A DNA stretch of 64,000 nt from the NCBI GenBank assembly GCA_043811535.1, contig JBDRNC010000008.1:1-64000 (forward strand), in the 5' to 3' direction. The translations under genes and the position numbers were made by a program. Below the pieces are notes generated by a model. It ran no database searches and was not told where the DNA came from. It was given only the letters and a program-made list of their open reading frames with translations. The stretch's first letter is position 1, and every line of letters begins with the position of its first letter. This DNA is from Elusimicrobiota bacterium. Lineage in GTDB: Bacteria > Elusimicrobiota > Endomicrobiia > Endomicrobiales > JBDRNC01. Shown here piece by piece: positions 56,035 to 64,000 of the stretch.

Positions 56035-56658
56035 ATGAAAATTCTAGCAATCGGCGCGCATCCTGACGACCTTGAATACGGCTGCGGGGGAACTCTCGTA
56101 AAGCTTTCCCGCCTGGGGCATGAGATACATCTGCTTGTCATGACAAGGGGAGAGATGGGGGGCAAACCGGAATTGCGCCAGACAGAACAGGAGAAAGCGG
56201 CAAAATTCATCAAAGCGAAGCTTTACTGGGGCAGGTTCCAGGACACGCAAATACCGCTGGAAAAAGAAACGATAAACACTTTGGAATTTTTCATCAAGAA
56301 AATCTGCCCGGATCTTATCTTCTGCCTTTTCCCTAACGATACCCATCAGGACCATAGGATAGTGGCCCAGGCCACGATAACAGCGACGCGCTATATTCAT
56401 AACGTGCTGTTCTATGAAGTGCCTACGTCCGTCGATTTCGGGCCGGCCAGCGTTTTTGTGGATATAGGGTCAGTTATCCAGCAAAAACTTACGCTGCTTA
56501 AGATCCACAAATCCCAGGTATTCAAAACGCGCGTAGCCAACCTTACTATTCTGGAAAGCTCAAAGGCATCCGCGCTGTTCCGCGGATTGCAGAACCGCGT
56601 TAAATACGCGGAGGGTTTCGTGCCGCTTAGAGTCAACCTGACAACAAAATGGATATAA
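56035..56658 (+). CDS. PIG-L family deacetylase
   Basis: ILAIGAHPDDLEYGCGG; DTHQDH; HKSQ; AEGF. GGAG RBS before ATG 56035 (track start 55900 lies in the repeat). Confidence 0.92.
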   Translation: MKILAIGAHPDDLEYGCGGTLVKLSRLGHEIHLLVMTRGEMGGKPELRQTEQEKAAKFIKAKLYWGRFQDTQIPLEKETINTLEFFIKKICPDLIFCLFPNDTHQDHRIVAQATITATRYIHNVLFYEVPTSVDFGPASVFVDIGSVIQQKLTLLKIHKSQVFKTRVANLTILESSKASALFRGLQNRVKYAEGFVPLRVNLTTKWI

Positions 56659-56661
56659 TAA

Positions 56662-56741
56662 CATTCCCGCATCGGTCCGCCGCGGCGGACGGGAATGGGA
56701 AATTTCAAAATCCCCCTGTATCCCCCTTTAGAAAAGGGGGA
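56662..56741. repeat. Two palindromic elements (CATTCCC..GGGAATG around GTCCGCCGCGGCGGAC; TCCCCCTTT..AAAGGGGGA)
   Basis: Read directly; the first shares TCCGCCGCGGCGGA with 61741-61772. Confidence 0.75.
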
Positions 56742-56767
56742 GTGAGTATACAAAACGGAGCAACTAA

Positions 56768-57919
56768 TTGAATTCAAACGGTTCATTGCGTAAAGCATAT
56801 TACGTTCTCCTTTGCATCCTGCTTGTCATGCTTGTCCAGATGAAAGGCGGAAGGTGGGCCTGGACGTTCCAGGCGTGGGACCAGACATGGAACATCCGGT
56901 GGATATATGTGTTGTTCCTGTCTTTTATCTTTGCCCAGCTGCTTACGCCGGTTGCCATCAGGCTGGCGTGGTTCTTTAAAATACTTGATTATCCGGACGC
57001 AAGGAAATTGCACGGAAAACCGATGCCGAGGATAGGGGGGCTGGCGATATTTTTTGCCGTTATCTTCGCGACCGCTCGCAATTACCAGTTCTCGCCTGAA
57101 CTGCTCGGCCTGGTGACCGGCGGTTCAATAATATACATACTGGGATTCATCGACGATATACACCCGCTTCCGGCGACGCCGCGGCTTATTATCCAGATGC
57201 TCGCCTGTTTTGCCGTCATTAAAGGCGGGATAGTAATAACCGCTATCCCGAGTTACTGGCCCTTTGCCGAATATTTAAGAATTATCGTGACCGTTGTCTG
57301 GCTGATAGGGATAGCGAATGCCATCAATTTCCTCGACGGGGTTGACGGCCTTATTTCCGGAATGGTCGCCATAAGCGCGTTACTTTTCTTTTTTATCGCG
57401 TGGCCCACCAGGCAGAGCTACCTTGCCTATCTTGTCATAGCCGTCGCGGGCGCCTGCATCGGATTCCTGCCGTATAACTGGAAACCGGCCAAAACTTTCA
57501 TGGGCGACGCCGGCGCCACTTTCCTGGGTTTCATGGTGGCCGGCACGGCTATAATGGGCTCGTGGGCGCACAAAAACCCGATGGTCGCCATATCTACGCC
57601 CCTGCTTATTCTCGGCATACCCATCTTTGACATGATATACACGACCTTTTCAAGGATCAAAAACAGAAGAATCCATAATTTTAAACAATGGCTGGAATAC
57701 ACGGGCAGGGACCATTTCCATCACCGCTTGATGCATATCGGGCTTTCCGAAAAAAATACCGTGCTTTTTATCTGGATGCTGAACATCTGCCTCGGCATAG
57801 GAGCGGTAGTGATAAGGAACGCCGGGGCAATGAATTCAATATTCGTTCTGATACAATCCGCGATGATATTGCTGATTATTACGGTGCTTATGATAGTCGG
57901 AAGGGAAACGACAAAATGA
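56768..57919 (+). CDS. wecA: Undecaprenyl-phosphate GlcNAc-1-phosphate transferase (WecA/MraY family)
   Basis: RKLHGKPMPRIGG; GFIDD; NAINFLDGVDGL; FMGDAGA; DHFHHRL. TTG start with GGAG RBS. Confidence 0.88.
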   Translation: MNSNGSLRKAYYVLLCILLVMLVQMKGGRWAWTFQAWDQTWNIRWIYVLFLSFIFAQLLTPVAIRLAWFFKILDYPDARKLHGKPMPRIGGLAIFFAVIFATARNYQFSPELLGLVTGGSIIYILGFIDDIHPLPATPRLIIQMLACFAVIKGGIVITAIPSYWPFAEYLRIIVTVVWLIGIANAINFLDGVDGLISGMVAISALLFFFIAWPTRQSYLAYLVIAVAGACIGFLPYNWKPAKTFMGDAGATFLGFMVAGTAIMGSWAHKNPMVAISTPLLILGIPIFDMIYTTFSRIKNRRIHNFKQWLEYTGRDHFHHRLMHIGLSEKNTVLFIWMLNICLGIGAVVIRNAGAMNSIFVLIQSAMILLIITVLMIVGRETTK

Positions 57920-58065
57920 CGCCTCTACACGGCGTCATCCCCGAAGGTTGTAATCGGCGACCAACATTAACTTAATTTAATCGAAGTCCCCTTTCAAGGA
58001 GGATCCATTTTAACTCAAGAAAGCGAGCAAGTAAAAATCAATTAAATTGACGGAGGATCTGCATA

Positions 58066-58818
58066 ATGAAGAAAACGGCAAAATTAATCGTGATGATGTT
58101 GTTCTTTGCGGGCGCCGCGGAAGCGCGTATCAACATGTTTGAGCCCTGGCACCCGGGGCAGGATTCAAAGATCCGCAGCGAATTCTCTTTCCAGTACATC
58201 GGATCCGTTCTTTTCGGGGATAAACTGCAGGAGATCCCGTTCCAGCTGTCTTACACGGCCGGAAAAAATATCGAGGTCGGGGGAAGATGGGGAGTGAAGA
58301 ATTTTGACGGCCATTTCGGCATAAGCGACCTCCTGCTCGGCATGAAGTACGGTTTTCTGGAAGAAACTATCAACAAGCCCAGTGTGATAGGCGAGATCGG
58401 GTTTTCACTGCCTACCGCCGACCAGAACAACGGGCTCGGGACCGGTTCTGTCGGCCTGCTCCTTAACTGGGCCATAGAAAAAAGGATTGAAACTCTGACG
58501 GGCTACTTCGGGTTGGGCATGGCGATGTACTCCGAGAACAGCGACAAGGTTCAGTACGGGAATATTTTTTCATATCACGTAGGCGCAGGCTCACAGTACA
58601 ATAAACTCTTGCGGATACACATGGAATTCAAGGGTTTCAACCACGGAGCCGCAAAAACCGCGGGCATTCAGACTTTGGACAACTACCAGGAAATGTACCT
58701 CGCGCCCGGCGCGAATTACAACTGGACAAAACAGAACATGATACTTTCCGGCTCGCTCCTGTTCGGTCTCACGCCGGAATCGCACAAATTAGGATTTATT
58801 ATAAGCAGCAACTTTTAG
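58066..58818 (+). CDS. Putative outer-membrane beta-barrel protein
   Basis: Signal peptide AEA|R; alternating amphipathic strands; GLGTGS motif; C-terminal Phe. Confidence 0.7.
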   Translation: MKKTAKLIVMMLFFAGAAEARINMFEPWHPGQDSKIRSEFSFQYIGSVLFGDKLQEIPFQLSYTAGKNIEVGGRWGVKNFDGHFGISDLLLGMKYGFLEETINKPSVIGEIGFSLPTADQNNGLGTGSVGLLLNWAIEKRIETLTGYFGLGMAMYSENSDKVQYGNIFSYHVGAGSQYNKLLRIHMEFKGFNHGAAKTAGIQTLDNYQEMYLAPGANYNWTKQNMILSGSLLFGLTPESHKLGFIISSNF

Positions 58819-58824
58819 TACAAC

Positions 58825-58924
58825 GATTACACCGATTTGAAACGAAGATTACACCGATTATCAACAACGATTTCACAGATTATATAAAGACGATTACACC
58901 GATAAACAACGAGATTACACTGAT
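58825..58924 (+). repeat. Left arm: 5 x GATTACACCGAT-like units
   Basis: Starts at 58825, 58847, 58869, 58892 and 58913. Confidence 0.92.
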
Positions 58925-58939
58925 TAACGACTGGGGGAT

Positions 58940-59314
58940 ATGCAGATGAAGGAAACTGATCTTTTAACTGCAAAGATAATTGGCTGTTGTTTTAAAGTTC
59001 ACAGGGAGATTGGCCCGGGTTTCAATGAAAAAATATATCAAAATGCCCTGACAACTCTTTTCAATAAAGAGAACATTAATTACATAACGGAAAAGGAATA
59101 CGAAGTAAAGTACTTAAATGCTAGGATAGGAATATTTCGCGCAGATATAGTAGTTGAAGAGAAGGTAATAGTAGAGATAAAGGCGGTAACAGGAGATATC
59201 ACCAAGTTATTTGAAAAACAAGTTATTTCGTATTTAAAGTCGTCGGGGCATAAAATTGGGTTGTTGATAAATTTTGGCAATGAAAGCTGTCAGATAAAAA
59301 GACTTGTTAGTTAA
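58940..59314 (+). CDS. GxxExxY protein (PD-(D/E)xK nuclease fold)
   Basis: IGPGFNEKIY motif; RADIVVEEKVIVEIKA; QVISYLK..GLLINFG. AT-rich relative to neighbours. Confidence 0.93.
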   Translation: MQMKETDLLTAKIIGCCFKVHREIGPGFNEKIYQNALTTLFNKENINYITEKEYEVKYLNARIGIFRADIVVEEKVIVEIKAVTGDITKLFEKQVISYLKSSGHKIGLLINFGNESCQIKRLVS

Positions 59315-59330
59315 TCCGTGTTTTGGTTGT

Positions 59331-59432
59331 ATCTGTGTAATCTGTCGTTAGTAATCTGCGCAATCGTCGTTCTTGTAATCTGTGTAATCGTAGTTTTTAT
59401 CTGTGTAATCTTCGTTAGAAATCGGTGTAATC
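59331..59432 (-). repeat. Right arm: 5 x inverted units (ATCTGTGTAATC-like on + strand)
   Basis: Starts at 59331, 59354, 59378, 59399 and 59421; reverse complement of the left arm. Confidence 0.92.
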
Positions 59433-59450
59433 TTTGTTCTAGGAGAGATA

Positions 59451-60749
59451 ATGAAAACATTCGTACTGGACACAAACGTTCTGCTGCATGATCCTGAAGC
59501 GATGTTTTCGTTTGCTGACAACCGCGTAGTTATCCCTATGATGGTCATTGAAGAACTTGACGGTTTTAAGCGGGTTAACGATGAACGGGGGAGAAGCGCC
59601 CGTCTCATATCGCGCAGGCTCGACGGTCTGCGTTCCAAGGGAAAGATATCGGAAGGCGTGCCGCTGAAAACCGGCGGAACGTTGAAAATTGAGCTCAGCC
59701 ATGAAGTAGAACTGCCCAAAGACCTTATCATTTCCAAACCGGACCACAATATACTCAGCATCGCCGTTTATTTCCAGAAAAAGGGCGATAAAGTATTACT
59801 GATAACCAAAGACATCAACCTGCGGATTAAGGCCGAAGCGATCGGCATAGACGCCCAGGATTACGAAAAGGAGAAAGTAAAATTTGAAGAGTTGTACAGC
59901 GGCTGGCGGGAAACAAAGGTTTCTTCCGACCAGATAGACGCGTATTACAAAAAAGGGAAATTGCAGGTAAACGAGAACTTCTTCCCTAACGAGGGCGTAA
60001 TCCTGAAGGACGAGAGCGGGACCTCAAAAAGCGCTCTCGCAAAATACAGCAACAAGGACCGCGCGCTGATACCGCTATTTCATCAGAACGCCATTCCGTG
60101 GGGATTAAAACCGATTAACATAGAACAGCGCTTCGCCATAGAGCTGCTGCTCTGCAACGACGTAAATCTCGTGACGCTCATAGGCGTCCCCGGGGCCGGA
60201 AAAACCCTGCTTGCGCTCGCGTGCGGACTCCACAAAACAATAGAAGAAAAACAGTTCAGGCGGCTTTTCGTCGCGCGCCCGATAATGCCGATGGGCCGGG
60301 ACATAGGATACCTCCCGGGCACAAAAGAGGAAAAACTGACGTCGTGGATGGGCGCCATCTACGATAATCTGGAGTTCCTTATTGACAGGAACCACATAGA
60401 CGAAAAAACGGAAGATAAGATACAGTATTTCTTTGAGACCGGAAAAATAGAGATAGAATCGCTTACGTTCATAAGGGGACGCTCTCTTCCGAACCAGTAC
60501 ATGATAATTGACGACGCGCAGAACCTGTCGCCGCATGAAGTCAAGACTATCATATCCCGCGCCGGCGAGGGGACCAAAATAGTGCTGACCGGCGACCCGT
60601 TCCAGATAGACAATCCTTACCTGGACGCTTCTTCAAACGGGCTGACCTATATCGTCGAAAGGTTCAAGGGGCAGGATATATTCGGCCATTTGAGCTTCAC
60701 GAAAAGCGAGCGCAGCAGGCTTGCCGCTCTTGCTTCTGAACTACTCTGA
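59451..60749 (+). CDS. PIN-PhoH (PhoH2/YlaK-like) protein
   Basis: VLDTNVLLHDP PIN domain; GVPGAGKT; DIGYLPG; IRGRS; RSRLA. Confidence 0.92.
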   Translation: MKTFVLDTNVLLHDPEAMFSFADNRVVIPMMVIEELDGFKRVNDERGRSARLISRRLDGLRSKGKISEGVPLKTGGTLKIELSHEVELPKDLIISKPDHNILSIAVYFQKKGDKVLLITKDINLRIKAEAIGIDAQDYEKEKVKFEELYSGWRETKVSSDQIDAYYKKGKLQVNENFFPNEGVILKDESGTSKSALAKYSNKDRALIPLFHQNAIPWGLKPINIEQRFAIELLLCNDVNLVTLIGVPGAGKTLLALACGLHKTIEEKQFRRLFVARPIMPMGRDIGYLPGTKEEKLTSWMGAIYDNLEFLIDRNHIDEKTEDKIQYFFETGKIEIESLTFIRGRSLPNQYMIIDDAQNLSPHEVKTIISRAGEGTKIVLTGDPFQIDNPYLDASSNGLTYIVERFKGQDIFGHLSFTKSERSRLAALASELL

Positions 60750-60751
60750 CC

Positions 60752-61627
60752 ATGACAAAGCTTTACGCCGACCTTCACGTTCACACGAATTTTTCTGACG
60801 GAGGATTTTCGCCGGAGGAGGCGGTGCGCCACGCTAAAAAACTCGGCTTTTCCGCCATAAGCATAACCGACCATGATTCCACGGAAGGCGTGCCGGCCGC
60901 TCTGAAAGAAGGCAAGATACAGGGAGTTGAAGTTGTTCCCGGAGTGGAACTTTCAACGGAAATGAAAACTACCGGGGAAAGCGAGATGCACATCCTCGGT
61001 TACTTTATCAACTGGGAGAACGCGCAGTTCCAGGAAAGACTGGCAATGTTTCGGAAGTTCAGGCAGGACAGGGGGAAGAAAATAATAGACAAACTGCTCA
61101 AACTGGGATTGAAGTTCGACGAGATACGGCTTTACGAAGCAACCGGGCAGGGCAATATCGGCCGGCTGCATTTCGCGAAAGCGCTGGTTGAACAGGGTTT
61201 TGTGAAAGATATAAGCGGCGCTTTTGAGAAATACCTGGGATTCGGCAAACCCGCCTACGTGCCCAAATGGCAGTTGAGGCCGGAAGAAGCCATCAGCATG
61301 ATACTCAAGATCGGAGGCATTCCGGTCCTCGCTCACCCTCATTACGGCAATTACGCCAATAAAAACGTGCTAAAAAGCCTCGTTAGCAGCGGCCTTCAGG
61401 GACTTGAGGTCTGGCACAGCAACCACCCGCAGTGGGTGGTTCAGAAATACGAGGAAACGGCGCAGGAATTCGGCCTTATAGCCACGGGCGGCTCGGACTG
61501 CCACGGACAATTCGGAAAGCAGCCGCCCGCGATGGGCAAGGTTAAAATTCCTTATGAAGTTGTGAAGAAACTGAAACTATTGAAACAAAAAATAGAAGAT
61601 GACAATCTAAAGATATTGAAGGCGTAA
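60752..61627 (+). CDS. PHP domain phosphoesterase (TrpH/YciV-like)
   Basis: DLHVHTNFSDG; ITDHD; GVELS; LAHP; TGGSDCHG. Confidence 0.92.
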   Translation: MTKLYADLHVHTNFSDGGFSPEEAVRHAKKLGFSAISITDHDSTEGVPAALKEGKIQGVEVVPGVELSTEMKTTGESEMHILGYFINWENAQFQERLAMFRKFRQDRGKKIIDKLLKLGLKFDEIRLYEATGQGNIGRLHFAKALVEQGFVKDISGAFEKYLGFGKPAYVPKWQLRPEEAISMILKIGGIPVLAHPHYGNYANKNVLKSLVSSGLQGLEVWHSNHPQWVVQKYEETAQEFGLIATGGSDCHGQFGKQPPAMGKVKIPYEVVKKLKLLKQKIEDDNLKILKA

Positions 61628-61639
61628 AAGGGTCCATAA

Positions 61640-61719
61640 GTAGGCGGCACTTAAGTGCCGCAACCTGTTTTAGATATTCATATCATTAATTTGGCTAAGG
61701 GACTTAAGTCCCTTTCTAC
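61640..61719. repeat. GTAG-type REP doublet, copy 2
   Basis: GTAGGCGGCACTTAAGTGCCGC ... AAGGGACTTAAGTCCCTTTCTAC. Confidence 0.85.
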
Positions 61720-61740
61720 TATAACGATATGCTAAAAAAT

Positions 61741-61772
61741 GTCATTCCTGTCCGCCGCGGCGGAGGGATGAC
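61741..61772. repeat. GTCAT..ATGAC hairpin with TCCGCCGCGGCGGA core
   Basis: GTCATTCCTGTCCGCCGCGGCGGAGGGATGAC. Confidence 0.75.
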
Positions 61773-61786
61773 AAATGAGGAATCAT

Positions 61787-62662
61787 ATGAAAACATTATT
61801 TTTAATTCTCGAAAGCTTCCGGCCGCGCCAGTGGACGAAAAACCTGATAATTTTCGCCGGCATACTTTTCTCGCAGAACATCACGGATCTGCGGATGCTT
61901 GCAGTCACCGCCGCCGCGTTCCTTGTATTCTGCCTCCTTTCGGGAGCCGTTTATACGATTAACGACATTGTTGACGCCGAAGAGGACAAAAAACACCCGT
62001 TAAAATCAAAAAGGCCGGTTGCTTCGGGCAGGCTGAACAAAAACGCGGCGCTCGCAATATCCCTGATGATCGCGGCGGCGTCACTGACAGCGTCTTTTTT
62101 CTTCGGGCCGGTTTTTCTTTTGATATCGGCGGGATACCTTCTGCTTCAGCTCGCTTATTCGTTCTATCTCAAGCAGCTTGTCATAATTGATGTCTTCGCG
62201 ATAGCCCTGGGCTTCGTGCTGCGCGTCGTGGCCGGAGCGGTGGCGATAGACGTAGAGATCTCGTCATGGTTCGTGATCTGCACGATACTGCTATCGCTTT
62301 TCCTCGGATTCTCCAAGCGGCGCCACGAGCTTGAAACGCTTGAAGACAACGCGAAAAAACACAGGAAGGTATTGAACGATTACAGCCAATATCTGCTTGA
62401 CCAGATGATATCGGTGGTTACGGCGTCCACCGTCATAGCGTACGCGCTCTACACGATAGCCCCGGAAACAGTAGAGAAATTCGGCACTAACAACCTTATC
62501 TTTACAGTTCCGTTCGTGCTTTACGGGATATTTCGCTATCTCTACCTCGTCCACCAGAAAGGCGAGGGGGGGAGCCCCGAAAACATTCTTGTATCGGATG
62601 TTCCTCTGATAATCGACATTCTCCTCTGGGCCGCGACCGCCGCCGCCATACTCTATTTTTAA
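61787..62662 (+). CDS. Decaprenyl/polyprenyl-phosphate phosphoribosyltransferase (UbiA family)
   Basis: RPRQWTKNL; NDIVDAEEDKKHPLKSKRPVASG; GFVLRVVAG; KRRHEL; YGIFRYL. GAGG RBS before ATG 61787. Confidence 0.88.
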   Translation: MKTLFLILESFRPRQWTKNLIIFAGILFSQNITDLRMLAVTAAAFLVFCLLSGAVYTINDIVDAEEDKKHPLKSKRPVASGRLNKNAALAISLMIAAASLTASFFFGPVFLLISAGYLLLQLAYSFYLKQLVIIDVFAIALGFVLRVVAGAVAIDVEISSWFVICTILLSLFLGFSKRRHELETLEDNAKKHRKVLNDYSQYLLDQMISVVTASTVIAYALYTIAPETVEKFGTNNLIFTVPFVLYGIFRYLYLVHQKGEGGSPENILVSDVPLIIDILLWAATAAAILYF

Positions 62663-62805
62663 CATCCATCCTCCCCTTTGATAATAGGGGGAAGCACAGT
62701 GTGCTTCCCCACTGGGATGTTCGTAGATGGGGGTGCCGGAGGAACGAGGTGGGGATGAAAAACTGTTAAAACCCCACCCTAACCCTCCCCTACAAGCGGG
62801 GAGGG
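62657..62805. repeat. Composite palindromic intergenic element, copy 2
   Basis: Matches 55858-55958; followed by CCCTCCCC-TACAAGC-GGGGAGGG hairpin; includes the TAA of the upstream gene. Confidence 0.9.
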
Positions 62806-62831
62806 AATAAAGGAAAAGGAAAGGATTTCAC

Positions 62832-63872
62832 ATGTCACGTTATTTAATCACCGGCGGAGCAGGATTTCTCGGAATAAACCTTACACGCTATTTATTGGCG
62901 AAAGGGCACCAGGTTACATCGCTTGATATGGCTGATTTTGATTATCCGGATTGCAAGGATAGAATTAAGGAAATAAAGGGCGATATCTGCGACAGAAGCG
63001 CTGTTGACAGGGCGATGGAAGGCGCGGAGATCGTTGTCCATACCGCGGCGGCCCTGCCTCTTTACAAAAAGAAAGTCATTTTTTCCACCGAAGTTGACGG
63101 CACTAAAACCGTAATCGATTCCGCCTTCGCCCATAAAGTACAGCGCTTCGTCCACGTGTCATCCACCGCCGTTTACGGCATACCTGACCACCATCCCCTG
63201 CTTGAAACCGATAAACTGGACGGCGTTGGGCCATACGGCCAGGCGAAGATAATGGCTGAAGAGGTTTGCCTGGAATACAGGAAAAAGGGGATGTGCGTGC
63301 CTGTCATACGCCCGAAATCATTCATAGGGCCGGAACGTCTGGGGGTTTTCGCTCTGTTTTACGATTGGGCGAAAGACGGCAGGGGCTTCCCCATGATAGG
63401 CAGCGGGAACAACCGTTACCAGCTTCTTGACGTAGAAGACCTGTGCGATGCCATCTACATCACTGCAACCGGCGACAGGAATAAGGTCAATGACACGTTC
63501 AATATAGGCGCCAGAGTTTTTGCTACTATGAAAGAGGATTACCAGGCGGTGCTTGATTACGCCGGTTTCGGCAAGAAAATTAAGGGATTCCCGGCGTGGC
63601 CGATGATATGGACGCTGAGGATTTTGGAAGTTTTCAAACTTTCGCCGCTGTATAAATGGGTGTATGAAACGGCGTCCAAGGATTCGTTCGTATCAATAGA
63701 AAAAGCCGAGAAGGTACTCGGCTTTAATCCGAAATATTCCAACAAGGACGCGCTCGTGCGCAACTATAAATGGTATCTTGACAACCTGCCCAAGTTTGAG
63801 AACGCGAGCGGCATCTCCCACAGGGTGCCGTGGAAGCAGGGGATTCTCAGATTCGCGAAGGTGTTTTTCTGA
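62832..63872 (+). CDS. NAD-dependent epimerase/dehydratase (extended SDR)
   Basis: ITGGAGFLG; SSTAVYG; YGQAK. Confidence 0.92.
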   Translation: MSRYLITGGAGFLGINLTRYLLAKGHQVTSLDMADFDYPDCKDRIKEIKGDICDRSAVDRAMEGAEIVVHTAAALPLYKKKVIFSTEVDGTKTVIDSAFAHKVQRFVHVSSTAVYGIPDHHPLLETDKLDGVGPYGQAKIMAEEVCLEYRKKGMCVPVIRPKSFIGPERLGVFALFYDWAKDGRGFPMIGSGNNRYQLLDVEDLCDAIYITATGDRNKVNDTFNIGARVFATMKEDYQAVLDYAGFGKKIKGFPAWPMIWTLRILEVFKLSPLYKWVYETASKDSFVSIEKAEKVLGFNPKYSNKDALVRNYKWYLDNLPKFENASGISHRVPWKQGILRFAKVFF

Positions 63873-63877
63873 AAAAC

Positions 63878-63914
63878 ATTATTATAGGCTCTCCGCCAGG
63901 AGAGCTTTAATAAT
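63878..63914 (+). terminator. Possible intrinsic terminator hairpin
   Basis: GCTCTCC-GCCA-GGAGAGC stem extended by ATTATTA/TAATAAT just after the stop; the T tract is short. Confidence 0.45.
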
Positions 63915-64000
63915 TCATACCGACGAGTGTTGAATAATATTTTCTCATGGAAAATTATTCAACGGTCTACGAGCCGGTATAGCTAGCAGCAACAGACGTG

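Noticed and set aside
58825..59432. CRISPR array
   Set aside because: Units are only 12 bp with 9-12-nt spacers that resemble each other, the arrays are inverted around a gene, and no cas genes are present.
59348..59761. Minus-strand ORF ending in DYTD repeats
   Set aside because: Antisense to PIN-PhoH; the DYTD pattern is just translation of the repeat arm.
58940..60749. GxxExxY plus PIN-PhoH as a toxin-antitoxin or defence operon
   Set aside because: PIN-PhoH is a widespread housekeeping-type gene, and GxxExxY appears separately inserted with its own arms and composition.

Overview
Bacterial (diderm) window that is almost entirely coding on the + strand. Lineage is most likely Elusimicrobiota-like; this is an inference from the giant Ser/Thr-rich surface protein, PorV-like gene and T9SS-type tail, not a search result. 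1-25084: 3' part of a giant (>8360 aa, 5'-truncated) repetitive surface protein. By manual count it has about 40 copies of a ~115-aa Trp-rich repeat, about 13 copies of a ~99-aa Ig/FN3-like repeat, 5 FN3-like domains, a duplicated ~430-aa propeller-like domain, 2 lamin-tail domains and a C-terminal PQQ-type propeller. It is followed by a PQQ-propeller protein with a T9SS-like C-terminal domain, a PorV/UPF0164-like barrel, a nucleotidyltransferase and a convergent ABC-2 transporter pair. 31919-57919: large Wzx/Wzy-type polysaccharide/glycosylation locus (AMIN-OPX, Wzc, Wzy/ligase, flippase, GT4/GT2/GT9/GT-C enzymes, methyltransferases, WbqC, acyltransferase, ExeA-like ATPase, PIG-L, WecA). The window ends with an OM barrel, a GxxExxY nuclease-fold gene, PIN-PhoH, a PHP protein, a UbiA-type phosphoribosyltransferase and an epimerase. 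The most unusual signals are non-coding or semi-coding. (i) The GxxExxY gene is enclosed by two mirror-image arrays of five 12-bp repeats at ~22-bp period, and an orphan arm lies 5 kb upstream. (ii) Four-unit heptamer arrays recur in intergenic gaps, signal peptides and in-frame inside proteins. (iii) Several REP-like palindrome families occur, one of them nested. (iv) Near-consensus promoters are placed to give leaderless mRNAs. No rRNA, tRNA, CRISPR array, transposase or integrase was recognised.
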